IMG/VR virus record: IMGVR_UViG_3300032225_000805
Location: 1-60,420 of that record
Strand: one strand, 5' to 3'
DNA: 60,420 bases
Source of the DNA: a virus
Taxonomy: Duplodnaviria; Caudoviricetes
Below the pieces are notes generated by a model. That model had not been told where the DNA came from. It saw only the letters and a program-made list of their open reading frames with translations, and did no database searches. Made by a program: the position numbers and the translations under genes. Each line of letters opens with the position of its first letter. Position 1 is the stretch's first letter. Shown here piece by piece: positions 19,202-28,162 of the stretch.

Positions 19202-19486
19202 TTAGTCTAGGTAGTATTCGTTTCTTACTGCCACTACCTGAGTGCTATCAAGGTCGTAGATGATACTTGCTTCGTTGATGTAGTACTTTATATCCCAACT
19301 ATCGCCTAGGTCTGAGTGCTTATCTACATAGCATATTGCACTATCAATCTTTTCTTGCGAAATCATTTCTCTTTCTAGTTGTTGTGGTCTGTCTACTACA
19401 CCTGCAAGTAGCATGATGCCAACTATTCCAATTGTTATTGCGACACTCTGTATCGGCTTGATTAAATTGTGGTTTATCTTTTTCAT
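19202..19486 (-). CDS. Membrane-anchored hypothetical protein
   Basis: N-terminal hydrophobic segment VAITIGIVGIMLLAGVV. Confidence 0.6.
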   Translation of the reverse strand: MKKINHNLIKPIQSVAITIGIVGIMLLAGVVDRPQQLEREMISQEKIDSAICYVDKHSDLGDSWDIKYYINEASIIYDLDSTQVVAVRNEYYLD

Positions 19487-19515
19487 TTTATTAAATTGTT
19501 TTGGTTAAAAATTGT

Positions 19516-19917
19516 TTATTCACTAATGTATTTATATGTGAAATATTTTCCTAGTTCTTCTAGTTCATTTAGTTGTCTCATCCCATTGGCTTCGTCTATA
19601 CACGCATTAATCTCTGCAATGTATCTTTCGCAGTTTTCTTTCAGGAAGACCTTGCTACTTGTGAATTGGTATAGTGCTGAGTGTAATCCATTGTGCCAAT
19701 ATGAGGCAATCATCTGTGCTTTGTTTGTTGATATCATATCAATTTCTTGCGCTTCGTACAGCATTTGCTCAACAACTAAGTCCCATGTCGCTGTATGGTC
19801 ATTGCTTTGGTAACTCTCATAGTTTTCAATAATCCATTGAATTGCTTTATCGTCTACTTTAATCAATAGAGCATTTGCCACGCTCAATACGTCTTCTTTT
19901 TTAATTTTGTTTTCCAT
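19516..19917 (-). CDS. Hypothetical early protein
   Basis: 133-aa ORF. Confidence 0.6.
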   Translation of the reverse strand: MENKIKKEDVLSVANALLIKVDDKAIQWIIENYESYQSNDHTATWDLVVEQMLYEAQEIDMISTNKAQMIASYWHNGLHSALYQFTSSKVFLKENCERYIAEINACIDEANGMRQLNELEELGKYFTYKYISE

Positions 19918-19919
19918 AT

Positions 19920-20276
19920 TTATTTTTGTTTTGTTTCGTTATACCATGTTATGAATTGTACTACTCCTAAATAGGTAGTTATTTTTTTATTGTTAGGAGG
20001 TATATCTGTTCTTCTCATTGACACAATGTGTTCATCACAATGTTTCATAGGTTGGCTTATAGTAAGGAAATTATGCTCACCATTTCCCGATAGTTCTGTT
20101 ACAAATCCTAACTCTTCAATTTTTTCAACTACTGCCATTAGCCAATTCCAATCTGTATCAAATGATAATATAGTCAATGGTGCTTCACCTTCTTTATACC
20201 AATATGTCGTATTTGGATAATATGGGTGTGGTTGTGAGTATCCCATAAAGTTTGCGATTAATTTGTTGTTTTCCAT
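19920..20276 (-). CDS. Hypothetical early protein (paralog of 18898..19194)
   Basis: NKLIANFMG...WNWLMAVVEKIEELG. Confidence 0.7.
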   Translation of the reverse strand: MENNKLIANFMGYSQPHPYYPNTTYWYKEGEAPLTILSFDTDWNWLMAVVEKIEELGFVTELSGNGEHNFLTISQPMKHCDEHIVSMRRTDIPPNNKKITTYLGVVQFITWYNETKQK

Positions 20277-20293
20277 TTTGTTTTATTTTTGTT

Positions 20294-20440
20294 TTAGTTA
20301 ATTAAGTATTCAATGTTTTCAATGTTATAGAGTGACTCATCTACAGCCACTCCGTTGATGTGCATTTGATTATCAGGACTGAATCCGAACTCATACACCT
20401 TGTTGTTGGCTATCTCTACTGCCACATATTTATTCTCCAT
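20294..20440 (-). CDS. 48-aa hypothetical protein (not in ORF track)
   Basis: MENKYVAVEIANNKVYEFGFSPDNQMHINGVAVDESLYNIENIEYLIN; fills an apparent gap. Confidence 0.6.
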   Translation of the reverse strand: MENKYVAVEIANNKVYEFGFSPDNQMHINGVAVDESLYNIENIEYLIN

Positions 20441-20663
20441 TTTGTTTACGTTTGATATTTATTTGTTCAATTATTTGATATTTATTTCTAAGTGGCAATT
20501 CTACCCATTCGTTACAAATAGAATCGAGTAGTGATTCAACTTCATCATTCTCTAACCCATATAAACAATATCCAAATTGTGTTTCCAATTCATCAAATGT
20601 CATTGAGCCAAAGAAGGTGTATAATTCCTCCTCTAATTTTATAATTTTATTTAGTAAATTCAT
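20430..20663 (-). CDS. Acidic hypothetical early protein
   Basis: 77-aa ORF. Confidence 0.6.
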   Translation of the reverse strand: MNLLNKIIKLEEELYTFFGSMTFDELETQFGYCLYGLENDEVESLLDSICNEWVELPLRNKYQIIEQINIKRKQNGE

Positions 20664-20699
20664 TTTATTTAATTTTTGTTTTATTTATGATTGTGAATG

Positions 20700-21035
20700 T
20701 TAATATGCCGATACAGGTCTGTTTTGGTTTTCCTCGAATGTTGCAGACTCCCATTCGTCCTCATCATGGTTGGTCAATTCATGGAAATATTTTTCCAATT
20801 GTAGTGCCAATGCCTCCAACTTTCTTGCCTCTGTAGTAGTGAACGATGTCCTGAAGATGTTATGGTTTGTCTCTATTCTGCCTAGCATTCCTCCACCTAG
20901 ATAGTTTTGGTAGGCGCTCATCCTACTACCATGTTTGAATCCAAATTTTGCAAGGTCTATCTCTATTCCTCCACCTCTATGGCTTATCTGTTGCCTAGTA
21001 ATTGATTCCTCAATTTTGTTTCTGTAATTTCTCAT
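20700..21035 (-). CDS. Hypothetical early protein
   Basis: 111 aa; AYQNYLGGGMLG motif. Confidence 0.65.
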   Translation of the reverse strand: MRNYRNKIEESITRQQISHRGGGIEIDLAKFGFKHGSRMSAYQNYLGGGMLGRIETNHNIFRTSFTTTEARKLEALALQLEKYFHELTNHDEDEWESATFEENQNRPVSAY

Positions 21036-21052
21036 CTTGTTTTATTTTTGTT

Positions 21053-21349
21053 TTAGTTATTTATAATTTTTATGTAATCGTAATCGTTGTATACTACTAT
21101 TAAATCAAAGTCAATATCGAAATCTCCTAGAAATCCTGCAATTAAGTTTAGATTTACTTTAGAAACGTATACGCTAAATTTCTCATCATACAGAAAGTGT
21201 ATATCGTAGACTGCATCCGTTTCAAATGCATTCCATTCATCCAAATCATTAAATGATAATTCAATATTGTAGGAAATTCCATTTACATTGTGTAGTATGG
21301 TAGCCAATCTAAGTATTGGATTAGCTACTATTTTTATTTTTTCTTTCAT
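21053..21349 (-). CDS. Hypothetical early protein
   Basis: 98-aa ORF with AAAACAAG-ATG leader. Confidence 0.6.
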   Translation of the reverse strand: MKEKIKIVANPILRLATILHNVNGISYNIELSFNDLDEWNAFETDAVYDIHFLYDEKFSVYVSKVNLNLIAGFLGDFDIDFDLIVVYNDYDYIKIINN

Positions 21350-21371
21350 CTTGTTTTTATTTTGTTTTAAA

Positions 21372-21881
21372 TTACATTAATTTTTGAATTACATTAACGA
21401 ATGCAGAGTCATTGCATAGTTCATCAATATTGTTAAAAAAAGTTTCTTTATAGTGACTTGTTAAGTAACACGCTAATTTTTTAATTGTAGTTCTTTTCTG
21501 AATACTAGTAAAATTGTTAATGGATACATGGTAGCTATCGGTTACATATCGAATCCTAAGATTATTATCTCTGCATTCTTTGTCTTTCCTTCGTATAGTA
21601 ACATAGTATCTATCTATAATAGCCTCAATACCTACTCCATTTAGACTTTCATTTAGCCTATCTGCATCCTCTTTTACTCTTTGGATATTAAGCGACTCAA
21701 TATGTTCATTATTTAGTCTTATTTCAGCCATTAACTTTTCTTCCTTTTTAATTTTATCGAACACTATGTCTGTGTTGAACAACAGATTATTTTTGTTGTT
21801 CTTTTTAACATCGTTGATTCTATCAAATTCGTTGATGATTGAGTTGATAATCTTTGTTTGATTTTCTGTTAAATTTTTCAT
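21372..21881 (-). CDS. Hypothetical early protein
   Basis: 169-aa ORF with AAACAAG-ATG leader. Confidence 0.65.
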   Translation of the reverse strand: MKNLTENQTKIINSIINEFDRINDVKKNNKNNLLFNTDIVFDKIKKEEKLMAEIRLNNEHIESLNIQRVKEDADRLNESLNGVGIEAIIDRYYVTIRRKDKECRDNNLRIRYVTDSYHVSINNFTSIQKRTTIKKLACYLTSHYKETFFNNIDELCNDSAFVNVIQKLM

Positions 21882-21924
21882 CTTGTTTAATTTTTGTTTA
21901 TTTTACAATATAATTATTCGTTGA

Positions 21925-22272
21925 TTAATTTGTTTCTATAAAATATGTACTAATATATTTTTTCATTTTTCCTATATATTTTACAATAGGATACTCTAAG
22001 TTGAAAACATTTATTCTGTTGCACTCATCAGGTTCTGTTTCATAGCCTATAAATACACTATCAAATAGTTGCATTGAATGAACATTTGCATAGTCTGTTA
22101 AATAAAAAGACGCAGTATTTTTTTCTACACAATACTCATTTAGTTCTTTTAATAAATCTAATATGTCATTAAAAGAAATGTTTTTTAAATAACCTATTTT
22201 TATTTGATTGCTTCCATTTGTTATTACATACATTCCAAATGTTTTGAAGTATGTCCATTTTTTATTTTTCAT
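21925..22272 (-). CDS. Hypothetical early protein
   Basis: 115-aa ORF. Confidence 0.6.
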   Translation of the reverse strand: MKNKKWTYFKTFGMYVITNGSNQIKIGYLKNISFNDILDLLKELNEYCVEKNTASFYLTDYANVHSMQLFDSVFIGYETEPDECNRINVFNLEYPIVKYIGKMKKYISTYFIETN

Positions 22273-22292
22273 GTTATTTTATTTTATTTTGT

Positions 22293-22523
22293 TTATGATT
22301 GTGAATGTTTGTTTAGTGCCATGTATGCTTGTTTTTCAGTGTATCCATAGTACTTTGCATTAGGTTTTAGCCCTGAATTGATTCTATCAATTGCCCTTGT
22401 ATTATCGGTTGTGTGCCATGCATAGCTATCTTTATCTTTGCTATAAACTTTAAACTTTATATGCCCATAGCCTGATGGCAAAAAATTTCCTATTCTGTCT
22501 TGTAATTCTTTTAATGTTTTCAT
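22293..22523 (-). CDS. Hypothetical early protein
   Basis: 76 aa; SGYGH..T..T.AID..Y..KQA pattern. Confidence 0.6.
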   Translation of the reverse strand: MKTLKELQDRIGNFLPSGYGHIKFKVYSKDKDSYAWHTTDNTRAIDRINSGLKPNAKYYGYTEKQAYMALNKHSQS

Positions 22524-22527
22524 TGTC

Positions 22528-22752
22528 TTAAATTTTTTGAAATTTATTAATAGCTTTTATATGATTTGTTTTTTCTTTTTCTGTCATATCAATATTACAA
22601 AAATAATCATCGTCTATAAATTCAAGGTAATTTTCTTTTGCATAATCGAATGCTTCCTCCATTCCTTTCAAGCTATTAAATTTGAAATTCATCCCTTCGC
22701 TTTGCATATCGAACCAGCGTTGCATTGCTCTTAATTTTTTTATTGCTTCCAT
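22528..22752 (-). CDS. Hypothetical early protein
   Basis: 74-aa ORF. Confidence 0.6.
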   Translation of the reverse strand: MEAIKKLRAMQRWFDMQSEGMNFKFNSLKGMEEAFDYAKENYLEFIDDDYFCNIDMTEKEKTNHIKAINKFQKI

Positions 22753-22763
22753 TGTCTTATTTT

Positions 22764-23261
22764 TTAAATTGTGATTGATTGCTTACTTTTATTATCGAAT
22801 ATAGCTATTTGTTTATTTGCCTTGCCAAAAACTATTGCATCGTTTAGCTTGTCAAACTTTAGGCTTACATCTAAATACCATTTGCCCTCATATAGCCATA
22901 TCCCTAAGTACATATTTTTGTTTTTTAGCTTTTCAGCATATTGTGTGATATGGTCTACCAATGTGTCAATATCCAATGTATCCGAAATAGACTCACAGTT
23001 TTGTAAACTTGCCATGTAGCCATCGTTTGGGTTAAATGTATTGTCATATAGGCTATAGCTGATGCCATCATTTGTTAATGCATCCTTAATAATCAGATAC
23101 AAATATTTTTTGTTGCATTCCTCGAATGCCTCTGCTAATGTTTTACAGTAAGTAACTTTATATAGGTCACTATCTAAGTCTTCTCTGTAGTAAACTTCAT
23201 ATATACCTTTATGGAATGTTAGTGCTACGTTTTCGCCAAAGTTGTTAATTAAATTTTTCAT
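22764..23261 (-). CDS. Conserved phage early protein (LGxW..YLDVS..NxQxAIFD family)
   Basis: GYMAS...LGIWLYEGKWYLDVS...AIVFGKANKQIAIFD. Confidence 0.65.
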   Translation of the reverse strand: MKNLINNFGENVALTFHKGIYEVYYREDLDSDLYKVTYCKTLAEAFEECNKKYLYLIIKDALTNDGISYSLYDNTFNPNDGYMASLQNCESISDTLDIDTLVDHITQYAEKLKNKNMYLGIWLYEGKWYLDVSLKFDKLNDAIVFGKANKQIAIFDNKSKQSITI

Positions 23262-23278
23262 ATTTTTTTTTTTGTTTT

Positions 23279-23872
23279 TTAGTTGTTATTATAATTATTT
23301 CTTATTACTACCCATATTATTGCTTGGTATTCGTAACCTTTCAATCCTAATTTCTTTGCTTTGCGCAATGTTAGTGCCTCCAATTGGTCATAAATGAATG
23401 GAGATGTAGTGCTTTTATCTTTGCCATAACACGCTCTCAAGTGCCAAACATCAATTGTAATTCTATCAGCATCTAAGCTACCAACATTCCTCACGAATGC
23501 ATATGTTTTTCGTGAATCATTTGTAATTTCTACAAGATTATTCAGTATTGCGAATGCCCTAAATTTGTTGGTATTAAATGTGCAAACTTTCACATCGTTT
23601 GCACCTTTGCCCTCATTAAATGCCTTGCATACACTATATGCATCTTTTATATTTTGGTGCCATTTATTACGTGGGCTTAGTGCTGAGATAACAGCTGCAC
23701 ATTTAAGAGGGCAAATATTAAATTCATTTGCTAATTTTTGCGCCTCATTATTGGCAATTTTATACCACTCTTTGCCATCTGTAATATCCTTTGCCGTTGC
23801 CATATTAAACAAATTATCTAGTCTTTTATTGATGGCAAATTTTTCGTACTTTGTTAATCCTTTTGCTTTCAT
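23279..23872 (-). CDS. HhH DNA-glycosylase-like phage protein, first gene of the early arm
   Basis: WY..A, AAVISALSPRNKW..N, KTYAF..N, ITIDVW, YQAIIW; likely start MKAKG at 23872. Confidence 0.55.
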   Translation of the reverse strand: MKAKGLTKYEKFAINKRLDNLFNMATAKDITDGKEWYKIANNEAQKLANEFNICPLKCAAVISALSPRNKWHQNIKDAYSVCKAFNEGKGANDVKVCTFNTNKFRAFAILNNLVEITNDSRKTYAFVRNVGSLDADRITIDVWHLRACYGKDKSTTSPFIYDQLEALTLRKAKKLGLKGYEYQAIIWVVIRNNYNNN

Positions 23873-23895
23873 ATTATTATTATTTTTTAAGTTAG

Positions 23896-23944
23896 AATCC
23901 ACATCTACATTTGATGTTACACCGATAATCTGTGAATGTGGATT
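23896..23944. promoter_or_regulatory. Stem-loop in the leader of the first early gene
   Basis: AATCCACATctACA ... TGTgaATGTGGATT inverted repeat. Confidence 0.5.
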
Positions 23945-25293
23945 AATTTTTTTATACTAATATAGTTTTGATATTCTATATTAATACTTTTTTAACTACT
24001 TGAGTAACTCGTTTCCTACGTTACTTACTTTATCCTATTTTTTATCATGCTTGTATTGCAAGGATGGAAAATTTTACATTGGTAACTTACCTAACCACCA
24101 ATAAGATTTTTTTTACTTTGATATAATAGCTTATTGGACTATTATACTACATTACTTTGCTTCATGTATTGTTAGCGTTATTATTAATCTTATATAAGGT
24201 AGTAGGCTATTGCTAAAGTAGGCTATTATTATAAGATGCAATCAATCGGGGAAAGAACTTTTTTTTTGTATGCTGTTGTTGCTTGATTGCGATGTAAAGA
24301 TGCAAATAAATTTCATATTGCAATCAATTGCACACATTTATTTTTGTAAACGAGATGTTAATGATGCTGAAACGTAGTGTTTATAATACTTTCAGCGATT
24401 AAACTTTTTTTTGTATGTGCTAAAATATTGATAAATGTTAAGCAATATATTGTTAATTTATGGTGAACAAAAATAATTTTACATAACATAGGTTAACTAT
24501 TTGCATCATAGTTAGTTATAATTATTGATTAATTTAGTATTGAAATTTCATTAAGAAAAAATAATTTTTAGTGTTTTTTGGGATGGATTGCCTACGATAA
24601 GGATAACTACCTAATAAAAAAAATTATTTATGATGACTTTTATCAGCTGTAACAAAAATCATCTGTAGTAGACAATTCAGTACGACTACACATAAACGAC
24701 TACAAAAACAAATTAGTGCGCATGATATATGTCATGGTTTAATTAACCAAACATTTTGTTATGATATAAATCATGTTACGATATGATATATCTCAGCATA
24801 ATTTATTTGGTGGTTTCATTACAATTTAGTACTTGCTTTCGTACTAAATAACGTGTTACAACTAGGCAATTTTGATAGCCGAAAATAAGCGTTTGTTGTC
24901 GTATAATTAGCCGTTTGTTGTCGGTTGTTGTCGGGTAAAATCTCGACATAAATTCCAAAAATATCGACACAAAGTTGACATTTTTAGGTTTTTTTTAACA
25001 TAACGGCTCGTTAACAGAACCCCCGTGGCTGTTTTTATTTGCATTTCCTTAACGAGGTTGAGCTTGGCTGTGGGTGTATTAACCAACCATTATGTTAATG
25101 AGTGGCAAAGATGACAAAAAATGACAGGCAAATGTCGATTAATTTTTAGTTAACGCTTACTCTCCCTAAGGCTGCGTCGAAATGTCGAGTTTTAACTACT
25201 AAATCATTTTAAAAAAAAATATAAATATATAAATTATACTGTGGCGTATATGGGAAAAAAGTCGACATTTCGACGCAGAGTCTATTTTTGGTG
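23945..25293. other. Large AT-rich non-coding region at the strand switch (control region, ori or genome-end candidate)
   Basis: About 1.35 kb with no credible ORF of 60 aa or more, between divergent arms; clustered TGTCG/CGACA motifs. Confidence 0.7.
25172..25278. repeat. Inverted repeat (17 bp perfect, 22 bp with one mismatch) flanking an AT-rich spacer
   Basis: CTGCGTCGAAATGTCGA (25172-25188) and TCGACATTTCGACGCAG (25262-25278). Confidence 0.9.
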
Positions 25294-25301
25294 TAATTTT
25301 G
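25294..25301 (+). promoter_or_regulatory. Bacteroidota -7 promoter element (TAnnTTTG)
   Basis: TAATTTTG 4 nt before ATG 25306. Confidence 0.65.
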
Positions 25302-25305
25302 CATC

Positions 25306-25620
25306 ATGGGAACTATCATAAATAAGACATATATTTTTACTGGTTTTGACTACGATACGCTCCGCTTAGTCAGGGAGAAACTAATAGTGTTTTTAAGGAC
25401 AATTAGGATGCAAAGTTTAGTGACAAAAATATACCCCTCCGTAATGAACTGTGTTGTTACGTTTTACATAATCCCAGATGGGTCGTATGAGTACTGGTCG
25501 GAGAGTGAAGTGTTTGATGAAAAGATGGATAGGTTCAGTAAATGGTTTAACGCAAAAGACAGAGGTGTTCAAATGCTATGCGTACAGTATGACGAAAATC
25601 ATATTTTACGGAATGAATAG
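25306..25620 (+). CDS. Conserved phage hypothetical protein
   Basis: N...TF.I.PDGS.E.W.ES motif. Confidence 0.65.
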   Translation: MGTIINKTYIFTGFDYDTLRLVREKLIVFLRTIRMQSLVTKIYPSVMNCVVTFYIIPDGSYEYWSESEVFDEKMDRFSKWFNAKDRGVQMLCVQYDENHILRNE

Positions 25621-25638
25621 TTTATGTATATTTGCCAT

Positions 25639-25851
25639 GTGGAACTTAACTTAATCTTCTCTAGTATAAAGAATGGCGGAAAGATACGCAGGGCGTGTTG
25701 GAAACAAGATGACTATATCTACCTAGAGATAGAGAAGTTAAACTCAATGTTCAGGTACCACTCGAAGGAGTTTAGGCTTCGCAGAGACTACAGCATACCA
25801 GCGACAGATATCCTAGCGACAGACTGGGAAGTATACCAAGAAATAAAATAA
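25639..25851 (+). CDS. DUF2829/Tad2-like small protein
   Basis: KNGGKIRRACW...YIYL...DILATDWEV; likely GTG start 4 nt after TATATTTG (ATG 25624 is the alternative). Confidence 0.6.
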   Translation: MELNLIFSSIKNGGKIRRACWKQDDYIYLEIEKLNSMFRYHSKEFRLRRDYSIPATDILATDWEVYQEIK

Positions 25852-25857
25852 AATAAA

Positions 25858-26145
25858 ATGGATAGTAAAAAAGATTCAAGACTAGTAAGAGCAAAGGTTG
25901 AGGGTTACAATAAACCAAAGAAGACTCCATCTCATCCAACGAAGTCACACATCGTTGTGGCCAAAGAAGGCGATAAGGTTAAGACAATACGATTTGGCCA
26001 GCAGGGTGTATCTGGGTCTCCGAAGAAGGAAGGCGAGTCTGAGGCGTATAAGAATAGGAGAGAGGCGTTCAAGGCAAGACATGCAAAGAACATTGCAAAG
26101 GGTAAGATGAGTGCGGCATACTGGGCAGATAAGGTAAAGTGGTAA
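25858..26145 (+). CDS. Basic conserved phage protein
   Basis: KTIRFGQQG...RREAFKARH...SAAYWA.KVKW. Confidence 0.75.
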   Translation: MDSKKDSRLVRAKVEGYNKPKKTPSHPTKSHIVVAKEGDKVKTIRFGQQGVSGSPKKEGESEAYKNRREAFKARHAKNIAKGKMSAAYWADKVKW

Positions 26146-26161
26146 ATATAGATAAAGTAAC

Positions 26162-26566
26162 ATGGTAAAGCATTTATATACAGACGCAAATTATGAATAT
26201 ACTTTGGAAGTTATTTTTACTAATGATGTAAAGAAAACACTAAAGGCATTATTTAAAAGGTGGAAGATGAATGATGAGGCACTAGATGCTGAAGGTTTTA
26301 CCGTATGTTGCAAGAATGACATTACCAAATATGCTTTGATTTTTGATTACGATAAACTTACAGATAACCTTATTAGTCATGAGGTGCTTCATATATCTTG
26401 CTTTATATTAGACGATAGGACTATTGACCTTGCAGGTGGTAACAACGACTACGAAAACTTAGCGTGGCTTAATGGACATTTGAACGATATGGTTAGACAG
26501 GTGATAGAGAAAGAAAAGATTACAATACATTCAACATTAATTAAATCAAAGACAAAAAAACTATGA
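26162..26566 (+). CDS. HExxH putative metallopeptidase-like protein
   Basis: ISHEVLH...ENLAWL. Confidence 0.6.
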   Translation: MVKHLYTDANYEYTLEVIFTNDVKKTLKALFKRWKMNDEALDAEGFTVCCKNDITKYALIFDYDKLTDNLISHEVLHISCFILDDRTIDLAGGNNDYENLAWLNGHLNDMVRQVIEKEKITIHSTLIKSKTKKL

Positions 26567-27081
26567 GCAGAAAAGAATACCTGATTTCGCAGGAACACGA
26601 AACAGACCTAACACTAGAGTTAGCAGAGAGACTGCTAAAGGATAACTTTAACGCAAGCAATACGGTGGTAGTAACCGTGTCAACAGACTACTCGTCAAAT
26701 GTTGGACAGCTGTTGCGCCATGCGTTGACAAAGAATGGTGAGATTTGCGATGGATTTGGTATAGACGTACCATACCCTGACGAGAAGTGGGATGATAAAT
26801 ACACATACGAGTTAGCGTCATTGTTGAGCCTGTATAGATACAAGATGCATGGCAAGCAGATACTACTCGTTGAGGCTGGAGTTATTAGGGGTTCAAACTA
26901 TAGGTTTGTGGTAGACTGTATTAAAAAGTTAGACCAACAGAGCAAGGTATACACGCTGGCGTTGTTTGAGAACGAAGGTTCAGCGTTCAAGTCTGACTTC
27001 GTTGGAGACTTCTATGACAACGAAGTAGAAGACTTAACATTTTGGTGGGAGAAAGAAAACAATCACTGGGTAAATGGATAA
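26563..27081 (+). CDS. Phosphoribosyltransferase-fold protein with variant PRPP loop
   Basis: ILLVEAGVIRGSNY resembles the VLLVDDxxxTGxT loop; C-terminal F.WE. Confidence 0.55.
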   Translation: MSRKEYLISQEHETDLTLELAERLLKDNFNASNTVVVTVSTDYSSNVGQLLRHALTKNGEICDGFGIDVPYPDEKWDDKYTYELASLLSLYRYKMHGKQILLVEAGVIRGSNYRFVVDCIKKLDQQSKVYTLALFENEGSAFKSDFVGDFYDNEVEDLTFWWEKENNHWVNG

Positions 27082-27379
27082 TAAACAAGAAGAACTTAAC
27101 GAAGCAAAACAAAGAGCAGCTAACTATATGTCATTGAAAGGTGCATTAGAACCTATGGAAAATAAAAAAACAGCAATGCAAGAATTATTTGATAATTTAG
27201 AAGCAATTGATATAATAGTACCAAATGGAGTTAAACAAATATTCCTTAAAAAAGAGAAAGAGCAGATAGTAGATGCACATAGAAGAGTATCAGTAGGATT
27301 ATATACAGATGCAGAACAATATTACAACGAAACATTTAAAAACAAACAATATGATAAAAAAAGGAACAAAGTTAATTAA
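27074..27379 (+). CDS. Hypothetical protein
   Basis: KEKEQIVDA...AEQYYNETF motif. Confidence 0.6.
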   Translation: MDNKQEELNEAKQRAANYMSLKGALEPMENKKTAMQELFDNLEAIDIIVPNGVKQIFLKKEKEQIVDAHRRVSVGLYTDAEQYYNETFKNKQYDKKRNKVN

Positions 27380-27788
27380 AAAAGGATTCCCAGTACAGGA
27401 CTTCACAGAGGGTAATAGCTATGAGGTAAGGAGTGTAAACGATGACGGGGTTATCGTAGTTTCAGACTTAGGATACGGTGTATCGTTCAAGCCTTATCTT
27501 TGGCAATACTTTTACCAACCAACAAGTGAGGAGTTAAAGTATTCCAGCAAAAATAAAGAACTAGTAGAGTTTTTAGGATGGTTAAAAAATGATGGATATA
27601 TAATGGACTTTGACTACGAGCAGATAGCAGAATCATACACATCGAATAGAAAACCAACGGCAGCGATAGAGGTACTAACACACTACCAGCAATGGCGACT
27701 AGATGTCCATGATGACATTAAATACACATCGAAAGAGATAACGAATGCCATTGACAGCATACTAGAATACCTATATAAATTAAATTAA
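27351..27788 (+). CDS. Hypothetical protein
   Basis: Likely start MIKKG at 27351 after an A-rich leader. Confidence 0.6.
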   Translation: MIKKGTKLIKKGFPVQDFTEGNSYEVRSVNDDGVIVVSDLGYGVSFKPYLWQYFYQPTSEELKYSSKNKELVEFLGWLKNDGYIMDFDYEQIAESYTSNRKPTAAIEVLTHYQQWRLDVHDDIKYTSKEITNAIDSILEYLYKLN

Positions 27789-27798
27789 ATTAAACAAA

Positions 27799-28161
27799 AT
27801 GATAAACAGAGAAAAACTATCAGTAAGACTGAAACTAGAAATCGAAAACGGTAAGATGCTTCACCGTGCAGGGCTAAAGAAAGCATTAGAGCTAGTTGAA
27901 GGACTAGACGAAGACGAAGTGGTTGAACCAGAGACGCTAGCGATGGAGGTATATAACAACTTAATGGGAAGCGAAGACTGCGACTTACATGTAAGACACG
28001 ACACGTTCTCAGACGCAAGCGGAAGCTGGGTAGCACTAGAGTCAGACGACTCGCCATACATGGTGTCATTAGACTTCTCTGGAGATGGAACAAGGCTAGA
28101 AAACGTACAGGTATTTAAAAAAACAAAAACAGTAGTCGAAGACGAGAAAAAAGTATTATAA
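27799..28161 (+). CDS. Acidic hypothetical protein
   Basis: 120-aa ORF directly upstream of groEL. Confidence 0.6.
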   Translation: MINREKLSVRLKLEIENGKMLHRAGLKKALELVEGLDEDEVVEPETLAMEVYNNLMGSEDCDLHVRHDTFSDASGSWVALESDDSPYMVSLDFSGDGTRLENVQVFKKTKTVVEDEKKVL

Positions 28162-28162
28162 C

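Noticed and set aside
24670-25280. CRISPR array
   Set aside because: Repeats are short (5-22 nt), irregularly spaced and in both orientations; no repeat-spacer periodicity and no cas genes
23945-25293. tRNA or structured ncRNA genes
   Set aside because: No cloverleaf or T-loop signature recognised by eye; tRNAscan/Infernal would be needed to exclude them fully
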